The notes: generated from the letters alone by a model not told the origin. 64,000 nt of DNA from an uncultured Pseudomonadales bacterium (GCA_964509075.1 CAZDWC010000009.1:63842-127841); one strand, 5' to 3'; counted from the first letter of the stretch, positions 9,573-19,269 are shown. Program-made: numbers and translations.

Positions 9573-9588
9573 AGGCACGGTCCTTGCT
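9573..9588 (+). promoter_or_regulatory. candidate sigma54 (-24/-12) promoter for fleSR
   Basis: AGGCACGGTCCTTGCT compared with the consensus TGGCACG-N4-TTGCW. The GG and GC elements are correctly spaced. It lies about 60 nt upstream of the fleS ATG. Confidence 0.6.
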
Positions 9589-9646
9589 GCATACCGGGTA
9601 CGATCAATTTTTTGACGGCCCGGTATGTCGTCAAGCCTGAGGTGCC

Positions 9647-10951
9647 ATGGAACTCCTGACAACGTTTGATCCTGCAGACAGTGCTGCAGCCAATGCCAAT
9701 GCGGCAGCTGCCGCCATGCGTGCGGCCAGCGTGTACGCGGATGATTTTCTGGACAATGATTTCTCTCGCGTGGAAGCCGGATTGCAGCAGTCTTCGCAGT
9801 TGCTGGAGGCGCGCATCCATCATCTCGCCGATGCACTGGCGCGTGCAGATCATCAGCGGCAGCGCGAGCAGCAGGCACATGACCAGATCGCGGTGCGGCT
9901 GGAAACCTTGCTGGATGTGTTGCCGGCAGCCGTGATTGTGCTCGATACCCGAGGTCGTGTGTGTCAGCACAATCCCGCCGCATTGGCATTGCTGGAATGT
10001 GAGCTACTTGGAGAAAGCTGGAGTGGCATCATTCGCAAGATTTTTGTGCCGCGTTCGGATGATGGCCATGAGATTTCACTGGCTAACGGGCGGCGGGTGC
10101 GTGTGGCGACAGCATCACTGCCGGATCACAGTGGGCAGCTGGTATTGCTCACGGATCTCACCGAAACCCGCAGTCTGCAACAGCAACTGGCGCGCGACCA
10201 GCGTCTGCGTGCTCTGGGAGAAATGGTGTCGGCGCTTGCGCACCAGATTCGCACGCCATTGTCGGCAGCGATGCTCTATGCCAGCCAGTTGTCACAGCAG
10301 GCGTTAACCGGCAACAAGGCGATGTCGCCGGAAAAACAACAGACATTCCTGGCCCGATTACTGGATCGCCTGCACAACATGGAGAGCCAGATTCGCGACA
10401 TGCTGTTGTTTGTGCGCGGTGAAGTGCCTTGCAATGACCAGATAAACCAGCGCCAGCTGTTGTCTGCACTGCGCAGCACGCTGACGCCGATATTGCAGCA
10501 ATACAGTGCAGATTCCGATAGTGCTCAATGCCGTTATCACGGTTTCAGTGACGCCATCCTGTTGCGTTGCCATCGCGATGCCTTGACGGGAGCAATCGCC
10601 AATCTGGTACACAATGCCCTGGAAGCCGGCGCATCACTTGTTGATATCACTGCGACACTGCAGGGTGCGCAATTGTTGCTGTGCATAACAGACAATGGTT
10701 CAGGTATGGATCACGAGACACTTGCCAAGGCGCAGGATGTTTTTTTTACGCGCAAGGCGGGCGGCACCGGTTTGGGGCTGGCCATCGTCAATACCGTGGT
10801 GCAGGCGCATGGCGGACGCTGGCAGCTGTCCTCCGTGCCTGGAGCTGGAACCTCGGTGCAAATCCTGTTGCCGCTTGTCGTTGCTGAAGGCGATCGTGTT
10901 TCTAAAGATGATTTCGATTCTGACAAACACAATGAAGCGGGAGAACTGTGA
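9647..10951 (+). CDS. fleS: flagellar two-component sensor histidine kinase FleS/FlrB
   Basis: 434 aa. PAS-like region, H-box (SALAHQIRTPLS) and HATPase motifs (NLVHNALEA, DNGSGM, GGTGLGLA). The start codon choice is uncertain. Confidence 0.85.
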   Translation: MELLTTFDPADSAAANANAAAAAMRAASVYADDFLDNDFSRVEAGLQQSSQLLEARIHHLADALARADHQRQREQQAHDQIAVRLETLLDVLPAAVIVLDTRGRVCQHNPAALALLECELLGESWSGIIRKIFVPRSDDGHEISLANGRRVRVATASLPDHSGQLVLLTDLTETRSLQQQLARDQRLRALGEMVSALAHQIRTPLSAAMLYASQLSQQALTGNKAMSPEKQQTFLARLLDRLHNMESQIRDMLLFVRGEVPCNDQINQRQLLSALRSTLTPILQQYSADSDSAQCRYHGFSDAILLRCHRDALTGAIANLVHNALEAGASLVDITATLQGAQLLLCITDNGSGMDHETLAKAQDVFFTRKAGGTGLGLAIVNTVVQAHGGRWQLSSVPGAGTSVQILLPLVVAEGDRVSKDDFDSDKHNEAGEL

Positions 10952-12321
10952 TGACAGCGAAACAGCCGCGTATCCTGATTGTGGAAGATGATCGCGATTT
11001 GCGCGAGGCACTACAGGACAGTCTGTCGATTGCCGATATTGATGTCTGTGTTGCAGCTTCTGCTGAAGATGCATTGCAGCATATGCAGCGCGATGTTGTC
11101 GACATGGTCGTGTCAGACGTCAACATGCCTGGCATGGATGGCCATGAATTGCTCGGATTGCTGCGTCAGCGTTATCCGCAAGTGCCGGTATTGTTGATCA
11201 CCGCACATGGCAGTATCAACAAATCGGTGGCGGCGATGCGTGCCGGTGCTGTCGATTATCTTGTAAAACCGTTTCCGGCCGGCATGCTGATTGACGCTAT
11301 CCACAAGCACACCGGTCACCAGCTGCCTGCAGGGAATCATGCCGACGGAGAACCTGTGGCTGTTGCCGCCAGCAGCCGCGACATGCTCGCACTGGCGCGG
11401 CGTGTGGCAGCAACGGATTCCAGTGTATTGATTTGCGGCGAATCCGGCACCGGCAAGGAAGTGTTGGCGCGTTATATTCATCAGCATTCCCCGCGCGCGG
11501 CACAGCCGTTCATTGCCATCAACTGTGCCGCCATTCCGGAAAATATGCTGGAAGCAACATTGTTTGGCTATGAGAAGGGCGCTTACACCGGCGCGGTGGC
11601 TGCCATGCCGGGCAAATTCGAACAGGCGAATGGCGGCACCTTGCTGCTCGATGAAATCTCGGAAATGCCTCCACCCTTGCAGGCAAAATTGTTGCGGGTG
11701 TTGCAGGAGCGTGAAGTGGAAAGATTGGGGGCACGCCGTTTGATTGCGCTGGATGTACGCGTTATTGCTACCAGCAATCGCGATCTGCGCGAAGCGGTTC
11801 GCCTTGGTCAATTTCGTGAGGATCTGTATTTCCGTCTCTGCGTGTTGCCGTTGCAGTGGAAGCCTTTGCGCGAACGGGTAGAAGATATTCTGCCGCTCGC
11901 CACGCAGCTGTTGGCGCGGCATGCGCTGCGACAGCACCGCGGTCCGGTCACTTTTGCCGCCGATGCGAAAGCGGCGCTGCTGGCGTATCACTTTCCCGGC
12001 AATGTCAGGGAGTTGGACAACATCGTCCAGCGTGCACTGATTCTGCAGCCTGGCTTGTCAATCACGGCGGAAGACCTGTATCTGGAAATGTCCTTGTCAC
12101 ATTTGCATGCACAATCTCCTGTGTCCATCGACGATGGGCATGGAGAAGGCCCCGCACTGCAGCGCGACATGAAAAGCCATGAATACCAGATCATCATGGA
12201 TACCCTGCAACACGCACGCGGTAGCCGCAAGACAGCCGCCGAACGGCTGGGTATCAGCCCGCGTACTCTGCGCTACAAGTTGGCACAGATGCGTGAGCAC
12301 GGTGTGGCGGTTGACGCCTGA
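10948..12321 (+). CDS. fleR: sigma54-dependent response regulator FleR/FlrC
   Basis: 457 aa. Receiver (ILIVEDD...VVSDVNMPGMDG), an AAA+ domain with GESGTGKE and GAYTGA, and a C-terminal Fis-type HTH. The ATG overlaps the fleS stop (ATGA). Confidence 0.9.
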   Translation: MMTAKQPRILIVEDDRDLREALQDSLSIADIDVCVAASAEDALQHMQRDVVDMVVSDVNMPGMDGHELLGLLRQRYPQVPVLLITAHGSINKSVAAMRAGAVDYLVKPFPAGMLIDAIHKHTGHQLPAGNHADGEPVAVAASSRDMLALARRVAATDSSVLICGESGTGKEVLARYIHQHSPRAAQPFIAINCAAIPENMLEATLFGYEKGAYTGAVAAMPGKFEQANGGTLLLDEISEMPPPLQAKLLRVLQEREVERLGARRLIALDVRVIATSNRDLREAVRLGQFREDLYFRLCVLPLQWKPLRERVEDILPLATQLLARHALRQHRGPVTFAADAKAALLAYHFPGNVRELDNIVQRALILQPGLSITAEDLYLEMSLSHLHAQSPVSIDDGHGEGPALQRDMKSHEYQIIMDTLQHARGSRKTAAERLGISPRTLRYKLAQMREHGVAVDA

Positions 12322-12416
12322 AAAAAACCGCGCTAATTTTTGCACCGTCAGGGTTTGGGCGGTATGTGCAAACCTGTCAGTGATGTCTGTATCAACAAAT
12401 ATTCGGGGGAATATTT

Positions 12417-12599
12417 ATGGGCAAACTGGATATCGACAGCAGTCTTGCAGAAGAAGAATTTGAATCGGATCAGGAAGTTGAGCAGCTCTCGGAAAAGCTG
12501 ACGACGATCAGCAAGGATATGCGCAGGCGTCTCGAAGACCGGCTCGATGAAGCGCGACTGAGCCGTGAATTGCGCGAGTACGATTTTCGCGATCTTTGA
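12417..12599 (+). CDS. small acidic hypothetical protein (60 aa)
   Basis: GGGGGA lies about 7 nt upstream of the ATG. The product is highly charged and helix-prone (MGKLDIDSSLAEEEFESDQEVEQLSEKL...RRRLEDRLDEARLSRELREYDFRDL). I cannot assign a family. Confidence 0.55.
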   Translation: MGKLDIDSSLAEEEFESDQEVEQLSEKLTTISKDMRRRLEDRLDEARLSRELREYDFRDL

Positions 12600-12633
12600 T
12601 TTTTCAGCCGCACTGTTATGGTAGTTTTTAATC

Positions 12634-12786
12634 CCTCATCCGGCCTGCGGCCACCTTCTCCCATTCATGGGAGAATGGAAAAAACAGTGCAAAAGCACCG
12701 TCAGCATTAGGTCTTCGGTCACATTCTCACATTCGCACCATCTCCCTCTCCTGAATCAGGAGAGGGTGGCCGCAGGCCGGGTGAGG
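12634..12786. repeat. composite REP/MITE-like palindromic element
   Basis: A 22-bp inverted repeat with 1 mismatch: CCTCATCCGGCCTGCGGCCACC (12634-12655) pairs with GGTGGCCGCAGGCCGGGTGAGG (12765-12786). Each arm also carries its own hairpin: TTCTCCCA-ttca-TGGGAGAA (12656-12675) and CCCTCTCCT-gaatc-AGGAGAGGG (12744-12766). Confidence 0.7.
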
Positions 12787-12788
12787 TT

Positions 12789-12804
12789 TGGCCCACAAAA
12801 TGCA
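12789..12804 (+). promoter_or_regulatory. candidate sigma54 (-24/-12) promoter for fliE-fliJ
   Basis: TGGCCCACAAAATGCA compared with TGGCAC-N5-TTGCA: one mismatch per element and correct spacing. It lies about 89 nt upstream of the fliE ATG. Confidence 0.6.
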
Positions 12805-12892
12805 TTTGTCCCTGCACGAAAGGTATCGGCAACAAATCCGACAGATTTCTGTCAGCTTTCTGCGCGATGCCAATGGCAGCCGGGACCGGTAT

Positions 12893-13255
12893 ATGCGTAC
12901 AGAACGGGCAGACATCAATCAGGTACTGGAGCAGATGCGCGCCATGCGCAGTCAGGTGCAGCAGCCTTCCGGGCGGCTCGCAGAACTGGATCGCGCTGGC
13001 AGTGGCATCGGTGGTGTGTCCAACACACCCGGCGTCGATTTCTCGCGCCTGTTCCAGAACGCCGTCAATCAGGTCAATCAGGTACAGCAAAGTGCCAATA
13101 CCTTGGCGGATGCCTATGAAAGTGGCGCACCGGGTGTCGATGTTACCCAGGTGATGATTGCCAGCCAGAAAGCGGCGGTGTCTTTCCAGACTGCCGTGCA
13201 GGTGCGCAACAAACTGGTGAGTGCCTACCAGGACATCATGAACATGCCCATCTGA
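12893..13255 (+). CDS. fliE: flagellar hook-basal body complex protein FliE
   Basis: 120 aa ([21 protein letters not shown]...[34 protein letters not shown]), a typical FliE C-terminus. An internal ATG was chosen over the 155-aa ORF start because that start lies inside the promoter/repeat region. Confidence 0.9.
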   Translation: MRTERADINQVLEQMRAMRSQVQQPSGRLAELDRAGSGIGGVSNTPGVDFSRLFQNAVNQVNQVQQSANTLADAYESGAPGVDVTQVMIASQKAAVSFQTAVQVRNKLVSAYQDIMNMPI

Positions 13256-13299
13256 TTAACACGCAATTCTGAAAGCAGGTTTTAAAAAGGATTACCAAC

Positions 13300-15006
13300 A
13301 TGGCAGAAACAATTGATGGCGCACTGATCACCCACGCTCCGGCCGAGAGTGCGCTGCTGAGTGGCATCTCCGGTTTGCAGGCCTTGCGACAAATAGGCCT
13401 CATGCTGGGGCTGGCAGCCAGTGTCGCCATTGGTGTGGCGGTTGTTATGTGGGCGCAGGGCAAGGATTACCAGCCGCTGGGAGGCGGGCTGGAACGTGCA
13501 GACATGGTCAGCATTGCGCAGGTGCTGGATCAGCAGCAAATTGCCTACAAGGTGGATACCGCCAGTGGCACGGTGTTGGTAGACAGCACACAACTCGAAA
13601 AGGCGCGCATGAAACTTGCCGAAGCCGGCATCAGTGCCGAACGCGGTTTCGGTTTTGAATCGCTGGACAAGGATCAGCCGTTGGGCAGCAGTCAGTTCAT
13701 GGAAAACGCGCGCTATTTGCGCAGTCTGGAAGGTGAGCTGGCGCGTACCATCATGAGCATCAATGGAGTGCGTAATGCGCGTGTACACATCGCCATTCCC
13801 AAAGCTTCGGTGTTTCTGCGCGATCGCCGCGATGTGCATGCGTCGGTATTGGTGGAACGCAGCGCCGGTCGCGAAATCGATCCGGGACAGGTGCGCGCCA
13901 TTACCAATCTGGTGGCATCCAGCGTGCCGGAACTGGATGCCGGCAATGTTGCTGTTATCGACCAGAACGGCAAATTGCTGTCACAGGATGGCAAGAATAC
14001 CGAGCTGGCGCTGGCCAACCAGCAACTGGAACACCAGCGTGCGTTTGAAGAAGAAATGGCGCGACGCGTCGAGAGTATTCTGTTGCCGATTCTGGGGCCG
14101 GACAAATTCCGCGCCGAAGTGAGTGCCGACATGGATTTCTCGCAGGTCGAGCAAGCGGATGAACAATTCAATCCGGACGCGCCAGCCACACGCAGTGAAC
14201 AGACGGTGCAGGAGCAGAGCGGCTCAGGTTCGCAGGCGGCAGGTATCCCCGGTGCCTTGTCCAACCAGCCACCGGCAAGCGGGGCAGCACCGGAAGTTGT
14301 CAATGGTGGCGCCGGTGGTGGAAGTGCAGCGGGCGGCGCAGCGGGCACTGCTGGCGCCGCGCGCAGCCAGGCCACGCGCAATTTCGAGCTGGATCGCACC
14401 GTGAGCTATACCAAACACCAGACAGGCCGTCTGTTGCGTTTGTCGGTAGCTGTGGTGCTGGACGATCAGATGAAAGCGGATGCCGAAGGCAAGATGCAAC
14501 GCACGCCGTGGAGCGACGCCGATATCGAGCGCATGACCAATCTGGTGCGCAATGCCGTCGGTTTTTCCGCGGCCCGTGGCGATTCCGTGAATGTCATCAA
14601 TTCTGCATTTGTGCCGCCGGTTGAGCAGGAAATCGAAAAAATGCCGGTGTGGGAGCAGCCGTGGCTGCGCGACATGTTGCGACCGGTTGTTGGCGGGCTG
14701 GTGGTGCTGAGTTTGCTGTTCGGTGTCTTGCGCCCTGTGTTGAAAAAAATTGTGGAGGGTGGCCAGCAGCTGCGTGAAGAGCGTATGCGCCACGAAATGG
14801 CACTGCTGGGTGTGCCTGCCGGTGGCGGTGGCAGTGGAGAACATGGTGGCCACGAAGCTGGCGGTGCCGGCAATGGCATGGCATTGATGTTGCCCAGCCC
14901 TGAAGAGAGTTATGAACACCAGTTATCAGCAGTCAAAGGTTTGATCGCACAAGATTCTGAGCGTGTGGCGCAAGTGGTGAAAAAATGGGTGAACGAAGAA
15001 AGTTGA
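13300..15006 (+). CDS. fliF: flagellar M-ring protein FliF
   Basis: 568 aa. Has the FliF/YscJ-like region (EGELARTI...V.NARVHIAIPK.SVF) and a C-terminal TM segment, with a Gly/Ala-rich insert. Confidence 0.95.
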   Translation: MAETIDGALITHAPAESALLSGISGLQALRQIGLMLGLAASVAIGVAVVMWAQGKDYQPLGGGLERADMVSIAQVLDQQQIAYKVDTASGTVLVDSTQLEKARMKLAEAGISAERGFGFESLDKDQPLGSSQFMENARYLRSLEGELARTIMSINGVRNARVHIAIPKASVFLRDRRDVHASVLVERSAGREIDPGQVRAITNLVASSVPELDAGNVAVIDQNGKLLSQDGKNTELALANQQLEHQRAFEEEMARRVESILLPILGPDKFRAEVSADMDFSQVEQADEQFNPDAPATRSEQTVQEQSGSGSQAAGIPGALSNQPPASGAAPEVVNGGAGGGSAAGGAAGTAGAARSQATRNFELDRTVSYTKHQTGRLLRLSVAVVLDDQMKADAEGKMQRTPWSDADIERMTNLVRNAVGFSAARGDSVNVINSAFVPPVEQEIEKMPVWEQPWLRDMLRPVVGGLVVLSLLFGVLRPVLKKIVEGGQQLREERMRHEMALLGVPAGGGGSGEHGGHEAGGAGNGMALMLPSPEESYEHQLSAVKGLIAQDSERVAQVVKKWVNEES

Positions 15007-15077
15007 GGCCGGTCGGATGATAGACAGCATGCAGGAAATCCATCGCGACAATGAAACGTTATACGAGGTTGTAAAAC

Positions 15078-16121
15078 ATGGCTGAAGCGCCTGCCAAAGC
15101 ATCGCCACAAGCGCCTGCGGTGCCGGATGTCAAACTGAGCCGCCTGCAGCAGGCCGCGATTCTGTTGATGAGTATTGGTGAAGTGGATGCCGCCACTGTG
15201 CTCAAACACATGGGGCCAAAAGAAGTGCAGCGTGTCGGTGTGGCCATGGCGCAGCTCGCCACCGTGCAACAGAAAGAAGTTGAAGTTGTGCTGAAAAATT
15301 TTGTCGATGAAGTCAGCACGCTCACTGGTCTTGGCATCGGCAATGACGGCTATATCCGCAAGATGCTGGTGTCAGCACTGGGTGAGGATCGCGCCAACAG
15401 TCTGGTGGATCGTATCCTGATGGGCGGCAATACCACCGGGATTGATACGTTGAAATGGATGGAGCCGCGTGCAGTGGCTGATCTCATCCGCAACGAACAT
15501 CCGCAAATCCAGACACTGGTGATCGCTTATCTCGATGCAGACCAAGCGGCAGAAATTCTCTCTTATCTGCCGGACAAGATGCGCATCGAAATCATGATAC
15601 GCGTCGCAACGCTGGATACTGTACAGCCCAGTGCCTTGCAGGAACTCAACGATATTCTGGAAAAACAGTTTTCCGGAAACGCCGGTTCGCAAACCAAGGC
15701 CATGGGTGGCTACAAGGTGGCAGCGGAAATCATGAACCAGCTGGATTCTTCTCTGGAAGAAGCCTTGATGACGGCGATCAAGGAAACCGATGATGATCTC
15801 GGCAACAAGATTGCCGATCTCATGTTCGTGTTTGAAAACCTCAAAGGTGTGGATGACAAGGGCATACAGGTCATCCTGCGCGAAGTGTCATCCGATGTGC
15901 TGATTCTTGCGCTCAAGGGCTCGGATGACGAGATGAAAGAGAAAGTGTTCAAGAACATGTCCAAACGTGCCGGTGAACTCCTGCGTGACGACATGGAAAC
16001 CCGCGGGCCGGTACGTGTGTCTGAAGTGGAAGCGGCGCAGAAGGAAATTCTCAATACCGCGCGCAGATTGGCCAATGCCGGTGAAATTATTCTGGGCGGC
16101 AGCGGTGAGGCCATGGTCTGA
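15078..16121 (+). CDS. fliG: flagellar motor switch protein FliG
   Basis: 347 aa, a typical FliG (EHPQIQTLVIAYL, MFVFENL, EILNTARRLANAGEI). Confidence 0.95.
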   Translation: MAEAPAKASPQAPAVPDVKLSRLQQAAILLMSIGEVDAATVLKHMGPKEVQRVGVAMAQLATVQQKEVEVVLKNFVDEVSTLTGLGIGNDGYIRKMLVSALGEDRANSLVDRILMGGNTTGIDTLKWMEPRAVADLIRNEHPQIQTLVIAYLDADQAAEILSYLPDKMRIEIMIRVATLDTVQPSALQELNDILEKQFSGNAGSQTKAMGGYKVAAEIMNQLDSSLEEALMTAIKETDDDLGNKIADLMFVFENLKGVDDKGIQVILREVSSDVLILALKGSDDEMKEKVFKNMSKRAGELLRDDMETRGPVRVSEVEAAQKEILNTARRLANAGEIILGGSGEAMV

Positions 16122-16149
16122 TCATGAACCAGCAGACAGGTAGTGCAGC

Positions 16150-16920
16150 ATGAGTGCAAAACTGGAAGAGCGGATTCCTGCCGAACAGGCGCAAAAATTT
16201 TCCGCGTGGACCATGCCGCGTATCGATGCCCATGGCAACATACTGCCCAGTTTCGAAAAAGAGCAGCGCTCGCGTCAGGCTTCGCCGAATGAATCCGTTG
16301 AAACCGTAGAAAAAATGCCGCGCAAGCCGCAGGCTCTTACGGCCGAGTTGCTGGAAAGAATGCGCGAGGAAGCGAGCCGTGAAGGCTACAAGGCCGGATT
16401 CCAGCAAGGTTTACAGGAAGGCAGGCAGCGTGGTCACGATGATGCCTGGTCGCAGGCGGTTGATGACATTGAGCAGCGCCAGCAACATCTACAGCAGTTA
16501 TGTGCTCGTCTGTTGCAACCGCTGCATGATGAGCAGGTGCAGCTTATCGCCTTGATGCAGGAACAGGTCGAACAGATTGCGCGCGCAGTCATCGGCCGCG
16601 AGTTGCAAGTCGACAGCAGCATCATTTTGCGTCTGGTTGAAGAGTCCATCGCAGCACTGCCCAACGGTGCCCAGCATTTGCGTATCTATATCCATCCCCA
16701 GGATAGTGATCTCATCAATACCTGGCTTGAAAGCAATGGCATGGATGCACGCGTGATAGCAGACGAGCGCTTGCAGCCCGGCGGCTGTCGCATTGAATCC
16801 GAACACAGCACGGTTGATTACAGTGTCGAGGCCAGATTGCAGGGCCTGCTCGCACAGAGCCAACAGGAAATCGCGGTGACAGACCATGTCGGTGGCGACA
16901 TCCCGCAAGCAGAATTCTGA
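16150..16920 (+). CDS. fliH: flagellar assembly protein FliH
   Basis: 256 aa. Position between fliG and fliI, with the charged coiled-coil plus C-terminal domain pattern of FliH. Confidence 0.85.
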   Translation: MSAKLEERIPAEQAQKFSAWTMPRIDAHGNILPSFEKEQRSRQASPNESVETVEKMPRKPQALTAELLERMREEASREGYKAGFQQGLQEGRQRGHDDAWSQAVDDIEQRQQHLQQLCARLLQPLHDEQVQLIALMQEQVEQIARAVIGRELQVDSSIILRLVEESIAALPNGAQHLRIYIHPQDSDLINTWLESNGMDARVIADERLQPGGCRIESEHSTVDYSVEARLQGLLAQSQQEIAVTDHVGGDIPQAEF

Positions 16921-18315
16921 GTGGAGCGTGACAACATGTTGCAGAATCTGGCGCACACAATGCCGCCCACGATTTTTGAACAACTGCAAGCGCGCTGGCA
17001 CAAACCGGTGATGCTGCCACCATGTGCCGTCGGACATGTCATTCGCCAGATCGGCCTGACACTGGAGGCTGCCGGACTGCAGGTGGCCATTGGCGATTAC
17101 TGTCGAGTTGCCATTAACGCACAGCATCATGTCGTCGCCGAGGTAATCGGTTTTTCCGGCAATACCGTGTCGCTGATGCCACTGGAGCGCATTGAAGGAT
17201 TGCCGCTGGGTGCTCGCGTCTGGCCGGCGCCTGATATCGCACAGCAAGTACCGGTCGGCAACGGTTTGCTGGGGCGTGTCATCGACGGTCTGGCTCGGCC
17301 GCTAGATGATCGTGGCCCGCTGCAAGTGACCGAGAGCATCTGTTTCAGTGCACAGGTGATCAATCCGCTGCATCGCAAACCCATACGTGAAACGCTGGAT
17401 GTCGGCATACGTGCCATCAACGGTTTGCTCACTGTAGGCCGCGGCCAGCGCATGGGACTGTTTGCCGGTTCCGGTGTCGGTAAAAGCGTGCTGATGGGCA
17501 TGATGACCAAATTTACCGAGGCGGATGTGGTGGTGGTGGGATTGATTGGTGAGCGCGGGCGGGAAGTGCGCGAGTTCATCGAAGATATTCTTGGCGAAGC
17601 CGGATTGCGCAAGGCCGTGGTGGTCGCTTCACCGGCTGACGATGTGCCGCTGATGCGTTTGCGTGCCTCATGGCTTGCCACACGTATTGCCGAATATTTT
17701 CGTGATCGCGGCAAGAGTGTATTGTTGTTGATGGATTCGCTCACGCGATTTGCCCAGGCGCAACGCGAAATTGCACTGGCGGCGGGAGAGCCTCCGGCAA
17801 CACGAGGTTATCCACCGTCGGTGTTTGCGAAACTGCCGGATCTGGTGGAGCGCGCCGGCAATGGTCGTGAAAATAATGGTCGTGACAGCAATGGCCAGTG
17901 CGGTTCAATAACAGCTTTTTACACGGTATTGACCGAGGGTGATGACCTGCAGGATCCGGTAGCGGACTCGGCGCGTGCGATACTGGACGGCCATGTGGTG
18001 TTGTCGCGGCGTCTGGCAGAAGAGGGCATTTATCCTGCCATTGATATCGAAGCCTCCATCAGTCGCGCCATGCCGGCCATCGTGGCGGATGAGCAGATGG
18101 GTATGGCGCAACGATTCAAGAAAATCTATGCCTGCTATCAACAGAACAGTGATCTGATCAATATCGGTGCCTACACGGCTGGCAGCAGTGCTGATATTGA
18201 TACGGCGATAGAGCGCATGCCGCATCTGAAAGCCTATGTCACACAGCATCGACTGGAGCCTGTCAATGCTGCTGCCGCACAGTTGCAACTGAAGAAGGTG
18301 CTAAATGTCGCGTGA
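16921..18315 (+). CDS. fliI: flagellum-specific ATPase FliI
   Basis: Walker A GSGVGKSVL and the F1/T3SS ATPase body. The GTG 16921 start abuts the fliH stop; ATG 16936 is an alternative. Confidence 0.93.
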   Translation: MERDNMLQNLAHTMPPTIFEQLQARWHKPVMLPPCAVGHVIRQIGLTLEAAGLQVAIGDYCRVAINAQHHVVAEVIGFSGNTVSLMPLERIEGLPLGARVWPAPDIAQQVPVGNGLLGRVIDGLARPLDDRGPLQVTESICFSAQVINPLHRKPIRETLDVGIRAINGLLTVGRGQRMGLFAGSGVGKSVLMGMMTKFTEADVVVVGLIGERGREVREFIEDILGEAGLRKAVVVASPADDVPLMRLRASWLATRIAEYFRDRGKSVLLLMDSLTRFAQAQREIALAAGEPPATRGYPPSVFAKLPDLVERAGNGRENNGRDSNGQCGSITAFYTVLTEGDDLQDPVADSARAILDGHVVLSRRLAEEGIYPAIDIEASISRAMPAIVADEQMGMAQRFKKIYACYQQNSDLINIGAYTAGSSADIDTAIERMPHLKAYVTQHRLEPVNAAAAQLQLKKVLNVA

Positions 18316-18775
18316 TCGAGCCGCGCGCATGGGGATTGTCCTGAAACTGGCAGTGGCAAAGCAGCAGCAGGCAGCAGCAGCACTGGCTGCCCTGAGTGCA
18401 CGCATTGCCAGTGAACAGGAGCGGCTCACGCAATTACAACAATTGCGGGAAGAGTATCTGGATAATTTGCGGGTGAAGCCGGGTACATGTCGCAGTGTGC
18501 AGGGTTTGCAGCACGGCATGACCGTCATCCTGCAGCTGGATAATCTCGCAGGCAATCAGGATCGCATGTTGAAACAATTGCTTATACAGCAGGCTGGTCT
18601 GCGTCAAAAACTTGAACAGTGCTGGTTGCGCTGCAGGAATCTGGAAAGATTGCAGCAGCAGTTTCGGCAGCAACAGGAAGCCGAGCAGGAAAAGCGCAGT
18701 ATGAAAATCATGGAGAATGACCGGCTGGCGCGTTCACATTCTGCCAGTTTGCAGCCAGATGGCAGCCCTCGATAG
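18305..18775 (+). CDS. fliJ: flagellar export chaperone FliJ
   Basis: 156 aa, a Q/L-rich coiled-coil protein. It overlaps the fliI end by 11 nt and occupies the canonical position. Confidence 0.8.
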   Translation: MSRDRAARMGIVLKLAVAKQQQAAAALAALSARIASEQERLTQLQQLREEYLDNLRVKPGTCRSVQGLQHGMTVILQLDNLAGNQDRMLKQLLIQQAGLRQKLEQCWLRCRNLERLQQQFRQQQEAEQEKRSMKIMENDRLARSHSASLQPDGSPR

Positions 18776-18954
18776 TCCTTAGCTATTAACCGGATTTTAT
18801 AGCGCTGTTTAATTACTAAAAAATATACATCGCCGACCCAACTTGCAGTTGGGCGGAATAATGGCGTCTACACTTTCCCATAGAAAGGCACGCACCATCA
18901 TGTGCGGTGTGAGAAATAAGCGTCAGTGACGCGTGTTTCATCCAGAGGTGAGCG

Positions 18955-19233
18955 ATGGAAGCAACAACTGTCAGTGATCTTGGGTCCCGGTTGACCATTG
19001 CGGAGGTCGAGGCCTATCAGCGTGAGCTTGAAACTGTGCTGGCCGGCAATAAGAACCTTTGCATCAACGCTTCTGCGTTGCAGAAAATTGATTGTGCGGG
19101 AGTCCAATTGTTGTGCAGCCTCAAGAAGACCTTGCTTATTGGCGAGGGTGATCTTTACTGGAAAGAGGTTTCACCGGTGCTGGCAAGTGCGGCCGGCATG
19201 CTGGGTGTTGATGGGTATTTGGGATTGGCTTGA
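18955..19233 (+). CDS. STAS-domain protein (anti-sigma-antagonist fold, non-phosphorylatable variant)
   Basis: 92 aa. Has the STAS pattern (LCINASALQKIDCAGVQLL), but the SpoIIAA phospho-Ser position (DSSG) reads DCAG. Confidence 0.75.
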   Translation: MEATTVSDLGSRLTIAEVEAYQRELETVLAGNKNLCINASALQKIDCAGVQLLCSLKKTLLIGEGDLYWKEVSPVLASAAGMLGVDGYLGLA

Positions 19234-19269
19234 TGGGCAAGCATGGCAGTAAACAGGGTGGAGTAGTGT

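Noticed and set aside
11113-11991. 292-aa ORF on the minus strand
   Set aside because: It is antisense to the fleR AAA+ domain. It has no motif or RBS and is a shadow ORF.
18811-18840. Possible FliA (sigma28) promoter upstream of the STAS-cheY operon (CTAAA ... GCCGACCC)
   Set aside because: The TAAA to GCCGA distance is 11 nt rather than the roughly 15 nt of the consensus, and the -10 element (GCCGACCC) matches GCCGATAA only partly.
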